Shown: positions 6,259 through 13,258 of the stretch, in pieces | Numbering within the stretch: position 1 is the stretch's first letter | Layout of the letters: each line of letters begins with the position of its first letter | Origin: Thermoplasmata archaeon M9B1D | Lineage (GTDB): Archaea > Thermoplasmatota > E2 > DHVEG-1 | Reading direction: 5' to 3' | DNA length: 35,238 nucleotides | Assembly: GCA_002900535.1 (NCBI GenBank) | Contig: MUGC01000001.1 | Location: 1-35,238, forward strand | Notes under the pieces: generated by a model | The model's input: only the letters and a program-made list of their open reading frames with translations | Told to the model about the DNA's origin: nothing | Database searches by the model: none | Made by a program: the position numbers and the translations under genes

Positions 6259-6541
6259 AACGTTTGAGGATTTATTAAATGCTCTTAAAAAAATTAATAT
6301 ATGTGATAAAAAACAAATAATAGAGAGATATTATAATAAATTTTATATTTATTTCACTATTAAAGAAGTTTATTTTAAAGTTTTAAAATTTAAGAACGAA
6401 AAAGAATTTTATCTTACTCTTGACAAAGTTGATAGAGGATATGATTATGATGGTGCTGACGAAGAAGAGGTAACAAAAAGTGAAAATCCACATAAAATTT
6501 ATAATTTAATAAAATCAATTAAACAATGTGAGGAGGAGTGA
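6245..6541 (+). CDS. hypothetical protein
   Basis: 98-aa ORF that overlaps the upstream gene; an SD is present. Confidence 0.7.
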   Translation: MKEIKTFEDLLNALKKINICDKKQIIERYYNKFYIYFTIKEVYFKVLKFKNEKEFYLTLDKVDRGYDYDGADEEEVTKSENPHKIYNLIKSIKQCEEE

Positions 6542-6921
6542 TGTATACAAGTTTAGAATTTAGCAAGAAGCTTAAGGAAAATGGCTGTGAGTTGGAGAGC
6601 GAAAGATATTATTATAAAGGTAATATATCTATTGCTGATTATCACGATGAGGTATTAGGTGCTTTATCAAATTTTTATAAGGCATACGATATTCTTAATG
6701 AAATTTGTGTAGAATATGCGACGCAATTTTTTGGAGACAAAGAAATAAGTAAAAATTATGGTAACGAGAATATCGGAGATATTTTTGTTTGTTTTAAAGC
6801 CTATGAGTATCATACTCAAAATATTCTTGAAATGCTCCAAAAAGACAAACCTCAAGAGGAAATAGAAAAGTATATTGAAGATAATTGTGTGTTTTTTAAT
6901 AAGGATAAGGAGGAGAGATGA
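6538..6921 (+). CDS. hypothetical protein
   Basis: 127-aa ORF with an ATGA-type overlap and SD gaggaggagtgATG. Confidence 0.75.
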   Translation: MMYTSLEFSKKLKENGCELESERYYYKGNISIADYHDEVLGALSNFYKAYDILNEICVEYATQFFGDKEISKNYGNENIGDIFVCFKAYEYHTQNILEMLQKDKPQEEIEKYIEDNCVFFNKDKEER

Positions 6922-7136
6922 AGTTAAGTGAATATGAAAATTTAGTTTTCTCTTTAGTTGAAATAAACACTGTAAAGGGTATTTATTGTATTGGTGAGTC
7001 TAATGATGAAATAATATTAGATAAATCAAAAGTAGATGTTATAACAGTTAGCGAAACAGTTGAAAAAACTATTAAAAAATTATACGAATTTATTAATAAT
7101 TTAAAAAACAAAAATGGAAAAACAAAACGAAATTAA
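6918..7136 (+). CDS. hypothetical protein
   Basis: 72-aa ORF with SD aaggaggagagATG. Confidence 0.7.
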   Translation: MKLSEYENLVFSLVEINTVKGIYCIGESNDEIILDKSKVDVITVSETVEKTIKKLYEFINNLKNKNGKTKRN

Positions 7137-7254
7137 AAAACTAACTTCTAAAAAAGAAATGGAAAAAAATTATGAGAAATTTATAGATGATTAGGATAAA
7201 ACGTTTGATTAACCAATTGAGTAATCGACGGAATAGTTTATAAAATAAAAAAAT

Positions 7255-7590
7255 ATGAGAAATGAAGAATTAAACATACAATCATCAATAATACAATATC
7301 TTAGATACAAAGGGATTAAAGTTTTTTCAATTCCCAATGGAGCTAATTTCCCTAATCATTACACAAGGTATTTAATGAGTTGTAGTGGATTAACAAGCGG
7401 AGTAGCAGATTTAGAAGTATTATTGCCTAACGGAAAGGCTATCTTTCTTGAAGTAAAAACAGAAAAAGGCAGACAAAGCAAGACACAAAAGGAATTTGAG
7501 GAAGAAGTTAAGAAATTAGGCTTTGATTATTATATTGTCAGAAGTATAGATGACGTAATTAAATTGGGATTAAAACAATTAAATATTTAA
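7255..7590 (+). CDS. VRR-NUC domain nuclease (PD-(D/E)xK fold)
   Basis: IQSSIIQYLRYKGIKVFSIPNG...GVADLEVLLPNGKAIFLEVKTEKGRQSKTQKEF...LGFDYYIVRS fits the VRR-NUC D...E.K...Q pattern. Confidence 0.7.
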   Translation: MRNEELNIQSSIIQYLRYKGIKVFSIPNGANFPNHYTRYLMSCSGLTSGVADLEVLLPNGKAIFLEVKTEKGRQSKTQKEFEEEVKKLGFDYYIVRSIDDVIKLGLKQLNI

Positions 7591-7594
7591 AAAA

Positions 7595-7837
7595 ATGAAT
7601 GAAAATAAATTTATTAAAAAATCCATAACTAAAATACTTCTTCAAAATGTCAAGGGTCAATTGGTTACAAAGCCAAATCTTGAAGACAATTTAAAGGCAA
7701 TAGGCTTTTGGGTTGGAAAGATTGCTGGGTTTGGGGAGAAAGCAAAAGACGGCTATACTCAAAAAGAGGTCTTGGATTTAATGGATAAACTAAACGAAGG
7801 GTTTATTGAGGGTTATTCAACGTTGGAGAAAAATTAG
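7595..7837 (+). CDS. hypothetical protein (last gene of the rightward operon)
   Basis: 80-aa ORF. Its stop codon overlaps the stop of the convergent endolysin gene. Confidence 0.65.
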   Translation: MNENKFIKKSITKILLQNVKGQLVTKPNLEDNLKAIGFWVGKIAGFGEKAKDGYTQKEVLDLMDKLNEGFIEGYSTLEKN

Positions 7838-8298
7838 ATTAACTCTTGATGATACATATCTAAAAATCCATTCTTTTTATTATCAGCAATGCTTTTTCTT
7901 TTCCATTTACAACCTTGTGTCAATTGGACACATTCCATATCTGCAACGGCTTTTATATATCCGCACATATAAGCTAAATCTAACTCGCTATTTATATTTA
8001 TTCGTCCATTAATTACAGGGGATACATCAGCAGCATTTCCGGTTAAATGCTTTGAATTCATCGTTTTAGTTTTTCCAGCATTAAAAAGCATTCTTTGAGT
8101 CTTTAAATCTCTCTTTCCTCCGTTAGCCATTATGGCTATAGGATAATTAAGAGAAACTTTTTTGAGAATGTTTACAAGCTTAAGGTCAACACCTTCTAAT
8201 CGTTCAAAATATTTGATGTTGTGAGAAAGAACCTCATTTTTTGACGAAATTTGGAAAAAAATTAAGTTATTTAGCAATTTGAGTAATTTTTTAAGCAT
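7834..8298 (-). CDS. Endolysin, peptidase M15 family (T5-type L-alanyl-D-glutamate endopeptidase-like)
   Basis: NSKHLTGNAADV (S.H..G.A.D) and GFLDMYHQEL (D..H.E) are zinc-ligand motifs, and overall the protein is colinear with T5 endolysin. I chose the ATG at 8298; the track ORF extends to a TTG at 8361 inside the GC-rich element. Confidence 0.8.
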   Translation of the reverse strand: MLKKLLKLLNNLIFFQISSKNEVLSHNIKYFERLEGVDLKLVNILKKVSLNYPIAIMANGGKRDLKTQRMLFNAGKTKTMNSKHLTGNAADVSPVINGRININSELDLAYMCGYIKAVADMECVQLTQGCKWKRKSIADNKKNGFLDMYHQELI

Positions 8299-8619
8299 TT
8301 TTATAGTTTCTTTTCGCCTTTTTCTGTTGCGAGCATAAAGGCTAAGCCCCAGTATCCGCAATATACATCGGATTAATCTAACATCGTGCAGGCTTGTTAG
8401 TAGCCTATGAAAGAAATAAGAGGCTTTGAACTTACTTACGAAAGCGAAGTATCCTCTCTTCTCGTATACAGTGGACTTTTGATTTGCAACTCGCCAGCCT
8501 TGTCCTTCGTGTCATTATTATTTCTTGCATCTTGTTAACTCAATCAACTTTAATGCAGGTCTTTACACCCCTGCACCTTGACAAATCAAATCCTAATCCT
8601 TAGACGAATTAAAGCTGAT
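8299..8619 (-). ncRNA. Candidate structured RNA / long structured 5' leader of the endolysin mRNA (class unknown)
   Basis: About 41% G+C by hand count over 8341-8580, against about 25-30% nearby. No ORF of 60 aa or more on either strand. Local helices lie at 8554-8575, 8433-8451, 8390-8406 and 8354-8373. The element starts after a predicted promoter. Confidence 0.45.
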
Positions 8620-8625
8620 AGTTTG

Positions 8626-8653
8626 ATTGTAAATGATTTTCTTTTTTTTTCAA
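8626..8653 (-). promoter_or_regulatory. Sigma70-like promoter directed into the GC-rich element and endolysin
   Basis: On the minus strand: TTGAAA (8653-8648), 16-nt spacer, TACAAT (8631-8626). Confidence 0.4.
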
Positions 8654-8654
8654 T

Positions 8655-8680
8655 AAAAAAACCCTCTATTAAATAGAAGG
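8655..8680 (-). terminator. Rho-independent terminator (minus strand)
   Basis: On the minus strand: ccttcta-tttaa-tagaggg followed by T7. The stem contains a G.U pair on the minus strand that would be a C.A mismatch on the plus strand. Confidence 0.6.
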
Positions 8681-8710
8681 TCAAGGAATCTATGATATAT
8701 TATAATAGAT

Positions 8711-8729
8711 ATCAATATAATATATTGAT
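8711..8729. promoter_or_regulatory. Perfect 19-bp palindrome overlapping the -35 of the moron promoter (operator-like)
   Basis: atcaatata-a-tatattgat has 9-bp arms. It overlaps TTGATT at 8725-8730. Confidence 0.45.
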
Positions 8730-8753
8730 TTTATAAAAAGTAAAGAATAGAAT
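8725..8753 (+). promoter_or_regulatory. Sigma70-like promoter of the 141-aa + strand gene
   Basis: TTGATT (8725-8730), 17-nt spacer, TAGAAT (8748-8753). Confidence 0.4.
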
Positions 8754-8869
8754 CAATTTTGATGACTATCTGCCTTATGCAGAAAAAATTACCGGTGGTT
8801 CGATATTTCGTACCACTGCATTATTTATTATTTATTATTTTATATTAATTATTTATTGAGGTATTTATT

Positions 8870-9295
8870 ATGAGTTATTTTAAAATTGAAACTATTGAAG
8901 ATGGAAAAAACGGATTTAGATATTTTCCTATATCAGATAAAAGCAAGTTCTCTTTAATCACAACAATTAATACTTTTAAAACTTATTGCAACAATCCAAC
9001 CTTTATTATTAAAAATAAATATGCTTGGAAAATTGAAGAATGGGAAAGAAAAAATGGATTTCTATCTATTTCTGGAGGCAAAGGATTACATACCTATGAA
9101 GTTCCAGAGTTTGACGCTGTTGAATATGAAAAAGTAAATCAAACAGTACACTCAAAAGGTGCGATAAAATTGCCAGAGTTTAAAGTTATCACTTATACAG
9201 AAGACGACGAAAATCCTTCTCCTGTAAAATGCATAGTTTTTGATGGAAAAGGTTACTTGATAAAAGAAGATGGAAGAACTATTGAAAGATTTTAA
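8870..9295 (+). CDS. hypothetical protein; self-contained opposite-strand moron
   Basis: 141-aa ORF with SD tgaggtatttattATG, its own promoter and a strong terminator. It is the only + strand gene embedded in the leftward late region. I recognised no motif. Confidence 0.75.
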   Translation: MSYFKIETIEDGKNGFRYFPISDKSKFSLITTINTFKTYCNNPTFIIKNKYAWKIEEWERKNGFLSISGGKGLHTYEVPEFDAVEYEKVNQTVHSKGAIKLPEFKVITYTEDDENPSPVKCIVFDGKGYLIKEDGRTIERF

Positions 9296-9340
9296 TTAAT
9301 AGTTAAAATTAACTTTGTTGGAAAATAAATATATGTTAAA

Positions 9341-9365
9341 CGGAGGTAAAAGACCTCCGTTTTTT
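9341..9365 (+). terminator. Rho-independent terminator between convergent genes
   Basis: cggaggt-aaaag-acctccg followed by TTTTTT. On the minus strand only a short T-run (ttt) follows. Confidence 0.75.
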
Positions 9366-9690
9366 ATTCGCATAACTCATAATAAAGATTGTTGTGTTTA
9401 TCTAAATTCTTACAAGTTTTTTCAGTATCAAAAACAGCTGGATATAATTCTCTTAAACATCTTTCTTTTGAAAAGTCTTTATTTTCTTTTCTACATCTTC
9501 TAATAGACGTTTTATTTCTTCTAAAATCTCTTTTTAAAGGACAGGTATTTTCTACTGGTTCATCTAATAAGCAAAAATCAGTTATTCCGGTATTTCTTAC
9601 GCAACTTGTCAGAATTAGGCTTACGCTTACGAATAGAATTAGCTTTTTTAAGTAAATTAAGTTGTTTTTTATTGTTTTTTTGCCTTTCAT
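9364..9690 (-). CDS. Cys-rich lipoprotein (o-spanin-like, or superinfection-exclusion lipoprotein)
   Basis: MKGKKTIKNNLIYLKKLILFVSVSLILTSC is a signal peptide with a lipobox (LTSC). The mature part has 8 Cys including the lipobox Cys. The start lies inside the upstream 68-aa ORF in another frame. Confidence 0.6.
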   Translation of the reverse strand: MKGKKTIKNNLIYLKKLILFVSVSLILTSCVRNTGITDFCLLDEPVENTCPLKRDFRRNKTSIRRCRKENKDFSKERCLRELYPAVFDTEKTCKNLDKHNNLYYELCE

Positions 9691-9784
9691 ACTTTTTGCC
9701 TTTATTTATGAAATATTGTTTAAGAAGTTCTATTAATAGATAAATTCCTAAAAAGGTAAAAATTTTGTCTTTTATTTTACTCAT
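9578..9784 (-). CDS. small N-terminally anchored, very basic protein (i-spanin-like position)
   Basis: 68 aa with a hydrophobic segment IFTFLGIYLLIELL followed by a K/R-rich tail. Its 3' end overlaps the lipoprotein gene by 113 nt, like lambda Rz/Rz1. Confidence 0.5.
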   Translation of the reverse strand: MSKIKDKIFTFLGIYLLIELLKQYFINKGKKYERQKNNKKQLNLLKKANSIRKRKPNSDKLRKKYRNN

Positions 9785-9872
9785 TTTTACTTAATCTCCA
9801 CATCTTTACAAAATAATGATTTAAAAAATTTATATATTGTAGTTATTAATTTATTCATAAGTTTATTGTTTG

Positions 9873-10058
9873 TTAATAACCATTTTCAATTGCTCTATGG
9901 TCGTTTAGACTTGAAATTGATAACTCAAGTAAATTTAAGGTTTTCATATATATTTTTTGATTTTGCAAATTTGTAGCATAATGAAACAACAACATTATTA
10001 AAATTAATGCTATTACAAATCTATCCGTCCTAAACCCTTCTTTTTTCTCTTTGTCCAT
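9873..10058 (-). CDS. small single-pass membrane protein (holin/antiholin candidate)
   Basis: 61 aa: MDKEKKEGFRTDRFVIALILIMLLFHYA.... A purine-rich SD-like tract lies upstream. Confidence 0.5.
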   Translation of the reverse strand: MDKEKKEGFRTDRFVIALILIMLLFHYATNLQNQKIYMKTLNLLELSISSLNDHRAIENGY

Positions 10059-10228
10059 TCCCCGCCTACCTCACAAACTTTTCTAATACTCATTAAACTA
10101 ACACCTGCAGTCAAACCGGCATTATTGAAATTATTATAGCAACTTAACATTAAAATTACAAATCCAGTTAAGTTTGTAAAATTTAAAGTTAGCTTAAAAT
10201 TAATCCATTTTAAATTAAATTTTTTCAT
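10013..10228 (-). CDS. small membrane protein (holin candidate)
   Basis: 71 aa with a hydrophobic core LTGFVILMLSCY. The 3' end overlaps the next ORF by 46 nt. Confidence 0.45.
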   Translation of the reverse strand: MKKFNLKWINFKLTLNFTNLTGFVILMLSCYNNFNNAGLTAGVSLMSIRKVCEVGGEWTKRKKKGLGRIDL

Positions 10229-10234
10229 AAATTT

Positions 10235-10558
10235 TTAAATATTATCGTCAATATCTGAATGAAATTCATCAAGTATAATTCTCATTTTATCAACAAATTC
10301 ATCTTCTTCAGCATCATATAAATTTGATAAATCTCCAATATATTCCCCAGTTTTAGGTTGAATTTTCACTCCTTTACTTGACAGAAAAGTTTTCATGGCA
10401 TTTATTGTCGGCATAACTTTCTTTTCAATATTTTCAATTTTGATTTGCATTGGTTTTATTGCAGATTTAATTATTGCCCAAAAACCTCCATAAATAGCCC
10501 CTATTGAAGTTATTAAAACTATAGCACTTGATAATTGATTTACTGATAGTTGTTCCAT
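10235..10558 (-). CDS. single-pass membrane protein with acidic C-terminus (holin candidate)
   Basis: 107 aa with a TM-like segment AIVLITSIGAIYGGFWAIIKSAI. It lies at the head of the small-membrane-protein cluster. Confidence 0.55.
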   Translation of the reverse strand: MEQLSVNQLSSAIVLITSIGAIYGGFWAIIKSAIKPMQIKIENIEKKVMPTINAMKTFLSSKGVKIQPKTGEYIGDLSNLYDAEEDEFVDKMRIILDEFHSDIDDNI

Positions 10559-10586
10559 TTTATTTTGAATTTATTAATTACAATTT

Positions 10587-11093
10587 TCATTTTTCCTCTT
10601 TTTCTTTTGATTTAGATTTCTCTTCATTTTCTTCATCAATAAGACCTAAATTTAATAAACCTTCGAGAATAAGACATTTATAAGATTCTGAAGCTATTGA
10701 TTTTTCTAATTCACTTAATTTGAATTTTTTATCATAATCAAAGGAAACAGTTTCCTTTTCTTTAAAATCTTCAATTTGTTTATTATATTTATTTACCAAT
10801 TCTTGCATCTTGTTTTCATATTTTTTTTCTTTAATCTCTTTTAATTCTTTATTATTTATTTTTGATAATTCTGATTCCTTTAATTCTTTTATTTCCTTTA
10901 ATTCTTTATCAATTTTTTTACTAATATTATTTATAAGTTCGTTATATACTTTAGCTGACTTATCAAGTCTATATCCTAAAGTTATTATATTTTTTACTAA
11001 GATGAGATTATTATATTCTATATTTCTTCTTAATTCGCTTATTGATGGTATTACAATATCTATTAAATCTTTTATTTTTATTTCTATTTTCAT
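10587..11093 (-). CDS. hypothetical coiled-coil protein
   Basis: 168 aa, K/E-rich with internal KELKEIKE repeats. It lies downstream of the tail fibre gene. Confidence 0.7.
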   Translation of the reverse strand: MKIEIKIKDLIDIVIPSISELRRNIEYNNLILVKNIITLGYRLDKSAKVYNELINNISKKIDKELKEIKELKESELSKINNKELKEIKEKKYENKMQELVNKYNKQIEDFKEKETVSFDYDKKFKLSELEKSIASESYKCLILEGLLNLGLIDEENEEKSKSKEKEEK

Positions 11094-11124
11094 AAATTTT
11101 CCTTTATATAATTAATATTAATAA

Positions 11125-12687
11125 TTAAGCAATTTTCTCCAAATTTATTATTCTTTCTTCTAATTCTTGAACTTTAAGAATTGTTAATGAATTTAAAGCA
11201 TTCCAATTGACATTATCATATATTTCTTTTTCAATTCCTTTTATTATTTCTTTTCCATTTTTATCAAAAGTTTTTTGAATCAAATTATTGTTTTTATCAA
11301 CTTTAACTTTTGCTTTAATTACTGTTTCTGGATAAAGATTATAATTATTTTCATTACCAATAAATGAAACTCCAAGTTTTCCTGTTAATTTTTCAGTAAA
11401 TCTTAAAACTTGAATATTTTTATAATTATCTAAATCCGGCGTCCATTTTTCAATAATATTTTTCCAAAATTCTCCACATGTTGACCTACGCCATTGTCCA
11501 GTTGTTGGGTCAATATATCCATTAGCAGAAGAAGAAGTTGTATCATCTTTTACATCGATTGTGAAAAATCTGCCATCTCCATAAATACGAAAAGTTTCAG
11601 TTGAAGCACCTAAATCAGAACTAATCCACAAATAATTATCAGCTCCAGAACCAACTCCATTATATCCAATAGTGAAATCATCATCAGCGCCTTCAGCAAA
11701 AACTATAACGGAAGCTGTGCCCCCACCAAGTCCACCAAAGTTTAAAATTCCTGCGCCTGTGGTTATTATAGTTGAACCCATTTGTAATGCGCCACTAGTA
11801 GCACTTATAGTATTTCCATCTATATTTATATTATCTACATTCAAAGAGGTTAATGTCCCAACATTTGTCAAACTTGAGTTTACTATATTAGAACCTAAAG
11901 TCGTTGAGGTCAAAACATCTGAACCACCTATTATATATTTTGTTGCTTGAACAGGGAGAGTAAATGTTGCTTCTGTATTGTCTATTTCAAATCTTTCTAC
12001 ACCTCCAGTAGATATATTTAAAGTATCTACATCGGAAAACCAAATACCAGTATTTATATTAAAACTTCTTGTGATTGAAGTTGAAGCAACTGAACCAGAA
12101 GGAACAAAAATTTTATCACTAAATTTAAAACCTTGCCCATCATGATTTAAAGTTTCACTATTTAAAATAAGATTATTTGTACCAGAAACCTCCAAACTAC
12201 CTGCTGTAATTTTAAAAGCCCCAGCGTTCCAATTTGCTGTTAAAGCAACTGAACCATCTTTTTTCAAAACAAGAGCATCATCAGCTTTTAAATTTAAAGC
12301 ATTTTGTAAATCTGTTTGATTAGATAAATTGCCTGAAATATTTCCCCAAACTGCTGAAATATCTTGATTATCAACTTTTTGCCAAATTGAACCATTAAAA
12401 ATAATCCAATCTCCAACTTTCCAATTTGAAATACCATCAATTTCTGTTGTGCCTTCTACAGAAACTACATAATAATCTCCTTTAGTTCCTGTGCTACTTA
12501 CTATTGTTGGATTGTTTGTGTTAGCGTTCCATGTTCCACGATATACAACACCGCCTACAACAATACTAATTGCATTATCAAGAGAAAGTAAAGCCCTCTC
12601 TACATTGGAATCCGTTTGTTTGATTGTTCCAGCTGTAAATTTATTTATATTTAATCTGACTGAACTTGCATTTTTTATAATTCCCAT
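11125..12687 (-). CDS. Tail fibre with C-terminal S74-like intramolecular chaperone domain
   Basis: The N-terminal VYRGTWNANTNNPTI...GDYYVVS...WKVGDWIIFNGSIWQKV is a common fibre motif. The C-terminal RRSTCGEFWKNI...LGVSFIGNE..LYPETV...VNWNALNSLTILKVQELEERIINLEKI fits the endosialidase-chaperone pattern. Confidence 0.75.
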   Translation of the reverse strand: MGIIKNASSVRLNINKFTAGTIKQTDSNVERALLSLDNAISIVVGGVVYRGTWNANTNNPTIVSSTGTKGDYYVVSVEGTTEIDGISNWKVGDWIIFNGSIWQKVDNQDISAVWGNISGNLSNQTDLQNALNLKADDALVLKKDGSVALTANWNAGAFKITAGSLEVSGTNNLILNSETLNHDGQGFKFSDKIFVPSGSVASTSITRSFNINTGIWFSDVDTLNISTGGVERFEIDNTEATFTLPVQATKYIIGGSDVLTSTTLGSNIVNSSLTNVGTLTSLNVDNINIDGNTISATSGALQMGSTIITTGAGILNFGGLGGGTASVIVFAEGADDDFTIGYNGVGSGADNYLWISSDLGASTETFRIYGDGRFFTIDVKDDTTSSSANGYIDPTTGQWRRSTCGEFWKNIIEKWTPDLDNYKNIQVLRFTEKLTGKLGVSFIGNENNYNLYPETVIKAKVKVDKNNNLIQKTFDKNGKEIIKGIEKEIYDNVNWNALNSLTILKVQELEERIINLEKIA

Positions 12688-12790
12688 TAATTTTACCTAA
12701 TAATATTAAATTAAATAATTTTATATTATTTTTTCCTTGTTCCTGAAAAAATAGAATTTTTATTTTGTTTAAAAATAGTACTCATTATGC

Positions 12791-13084
12791 TTACTCAACA
12801 ACATTTTTACTAATAACTTTTTGACTATTTGGATTTCCTGAAGCTATCTCATATAAAATAAAATCTGTGTTAGTATCTATAGGATAAGTTCCAGCGCTCA
12901 AAGGAGAAGCTTCATCAATAACCATATCATTTTTACTTTGTGGGTCATCTTTACCCAATTCATCAACATTAGCATTATAAATATTTATTGTACCTTCACT
13001 TATATATAAAGAAGGATTGAGTTTACTATCAAAAATTTCTTTTCTTTTATAAACTACATTTGGTTGTAATAATTTTCTCGACAT
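12791..13084 (-). CDS. hypothetical protein between the two fibre genes
   Basis: 97-aa ORF with SD aaaggaaaaatATG. Confidence 0.65.
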   Translation of the reverse strand: MSRKLLQPNVVYKRKEIFDSKLNPSLYISEGTINIYNANVDELGKDDPQSKNDMVIDEASPLSAGTYPIDTNTDFILYEIASGNPNSQKVISKNVVE

Positions 13085-13103
13085 ATTTTTCCTTTATTTT
13101 TAA

Positions 13104-13250
13104 TTAAATAAAATTTTCATATTTTTTTAAATCTTCTTTATTATTTATAAGTTTAATTTCTTCTATTTCCTTTTTACATTCAATTACTTTATCTTTAATT
13201 TTTTGTGGTATATTTTCAATATCAATAAACTTTATTTTTTTTTCTATCAT
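13104..13250 (-). CDS. hypothetical protein (48 aa, below the ORF-track cutoff)
   Basis: Hand translation: MIEKKIKFIDIENIPQKIKDKVIECKKEIEEIKLINNKEDLKKYENFI. It fills the gap after the fibre gene. Confidence 0.35.
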   Translation of the reverse strand: MIEKKIKFIDIENIPQKIKDKVIECKKEIEEIKLINNKEDLKKYENFI

Positions 13251-13258
13251 ACTTATTA

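Noticed and set aside
8299-8361. The N-terminal extension of the endolysin ORF given in the track (start 8361).
   Set aside because: That start is a TTG with no SD. The extra 21 residues (RILGLSLYARNRKRRKETIK) lie inside the GC-rich structured element and have no counterpart in M15 lysins. The ATG at 8298 is preferred.
8299-8640. A group I intron interrupting the endolysin gene.
   Set aside because: The endolysin aligns with T5-type M15 lysins from its own N-terminus, so no upstream exon is needed. No coding exon is visible upstream. I could not locate P7/P3-type core elements or a convincing P1. This remains untested by covariance models.
8795-8830. A tRNA or tRNA-derived att fragment (ggtggttcgata resembles a T-arm).
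   Set aside because: The stem closes a 12-nt loop rather than a 7-nt T-loop. No acceptor, D or anticodon arms can be drawn, and the genome has no integrase.
11672-11950. Antisense or alternative-frame ORFs from the track lying inside longer genes: 5-268+, 126-317-, 727-927+, 1244-1432+, 3452-3748-, 4712-5002-, 5116-5442-, 6667-6855-, 7806-8012+, 9315-9503+, 9389-9655+, 10810-11115+, 11672-11950+, 12491-12700+, 13416-13700+, 13722-13991+, 15108-15416+, 16813-17007+, 17751-18173+, 18493-18675-, 24475-24696+, 26688-26897-, 32860-33051-, 34136-34333+.
   Set aside because: Each overlaps a longer ORF that has recognisable motifs or an operon context. Their translations are low-complexity (F/L/I/S-rich) as expected from AT-rich shadow frames, and they lack an SD.
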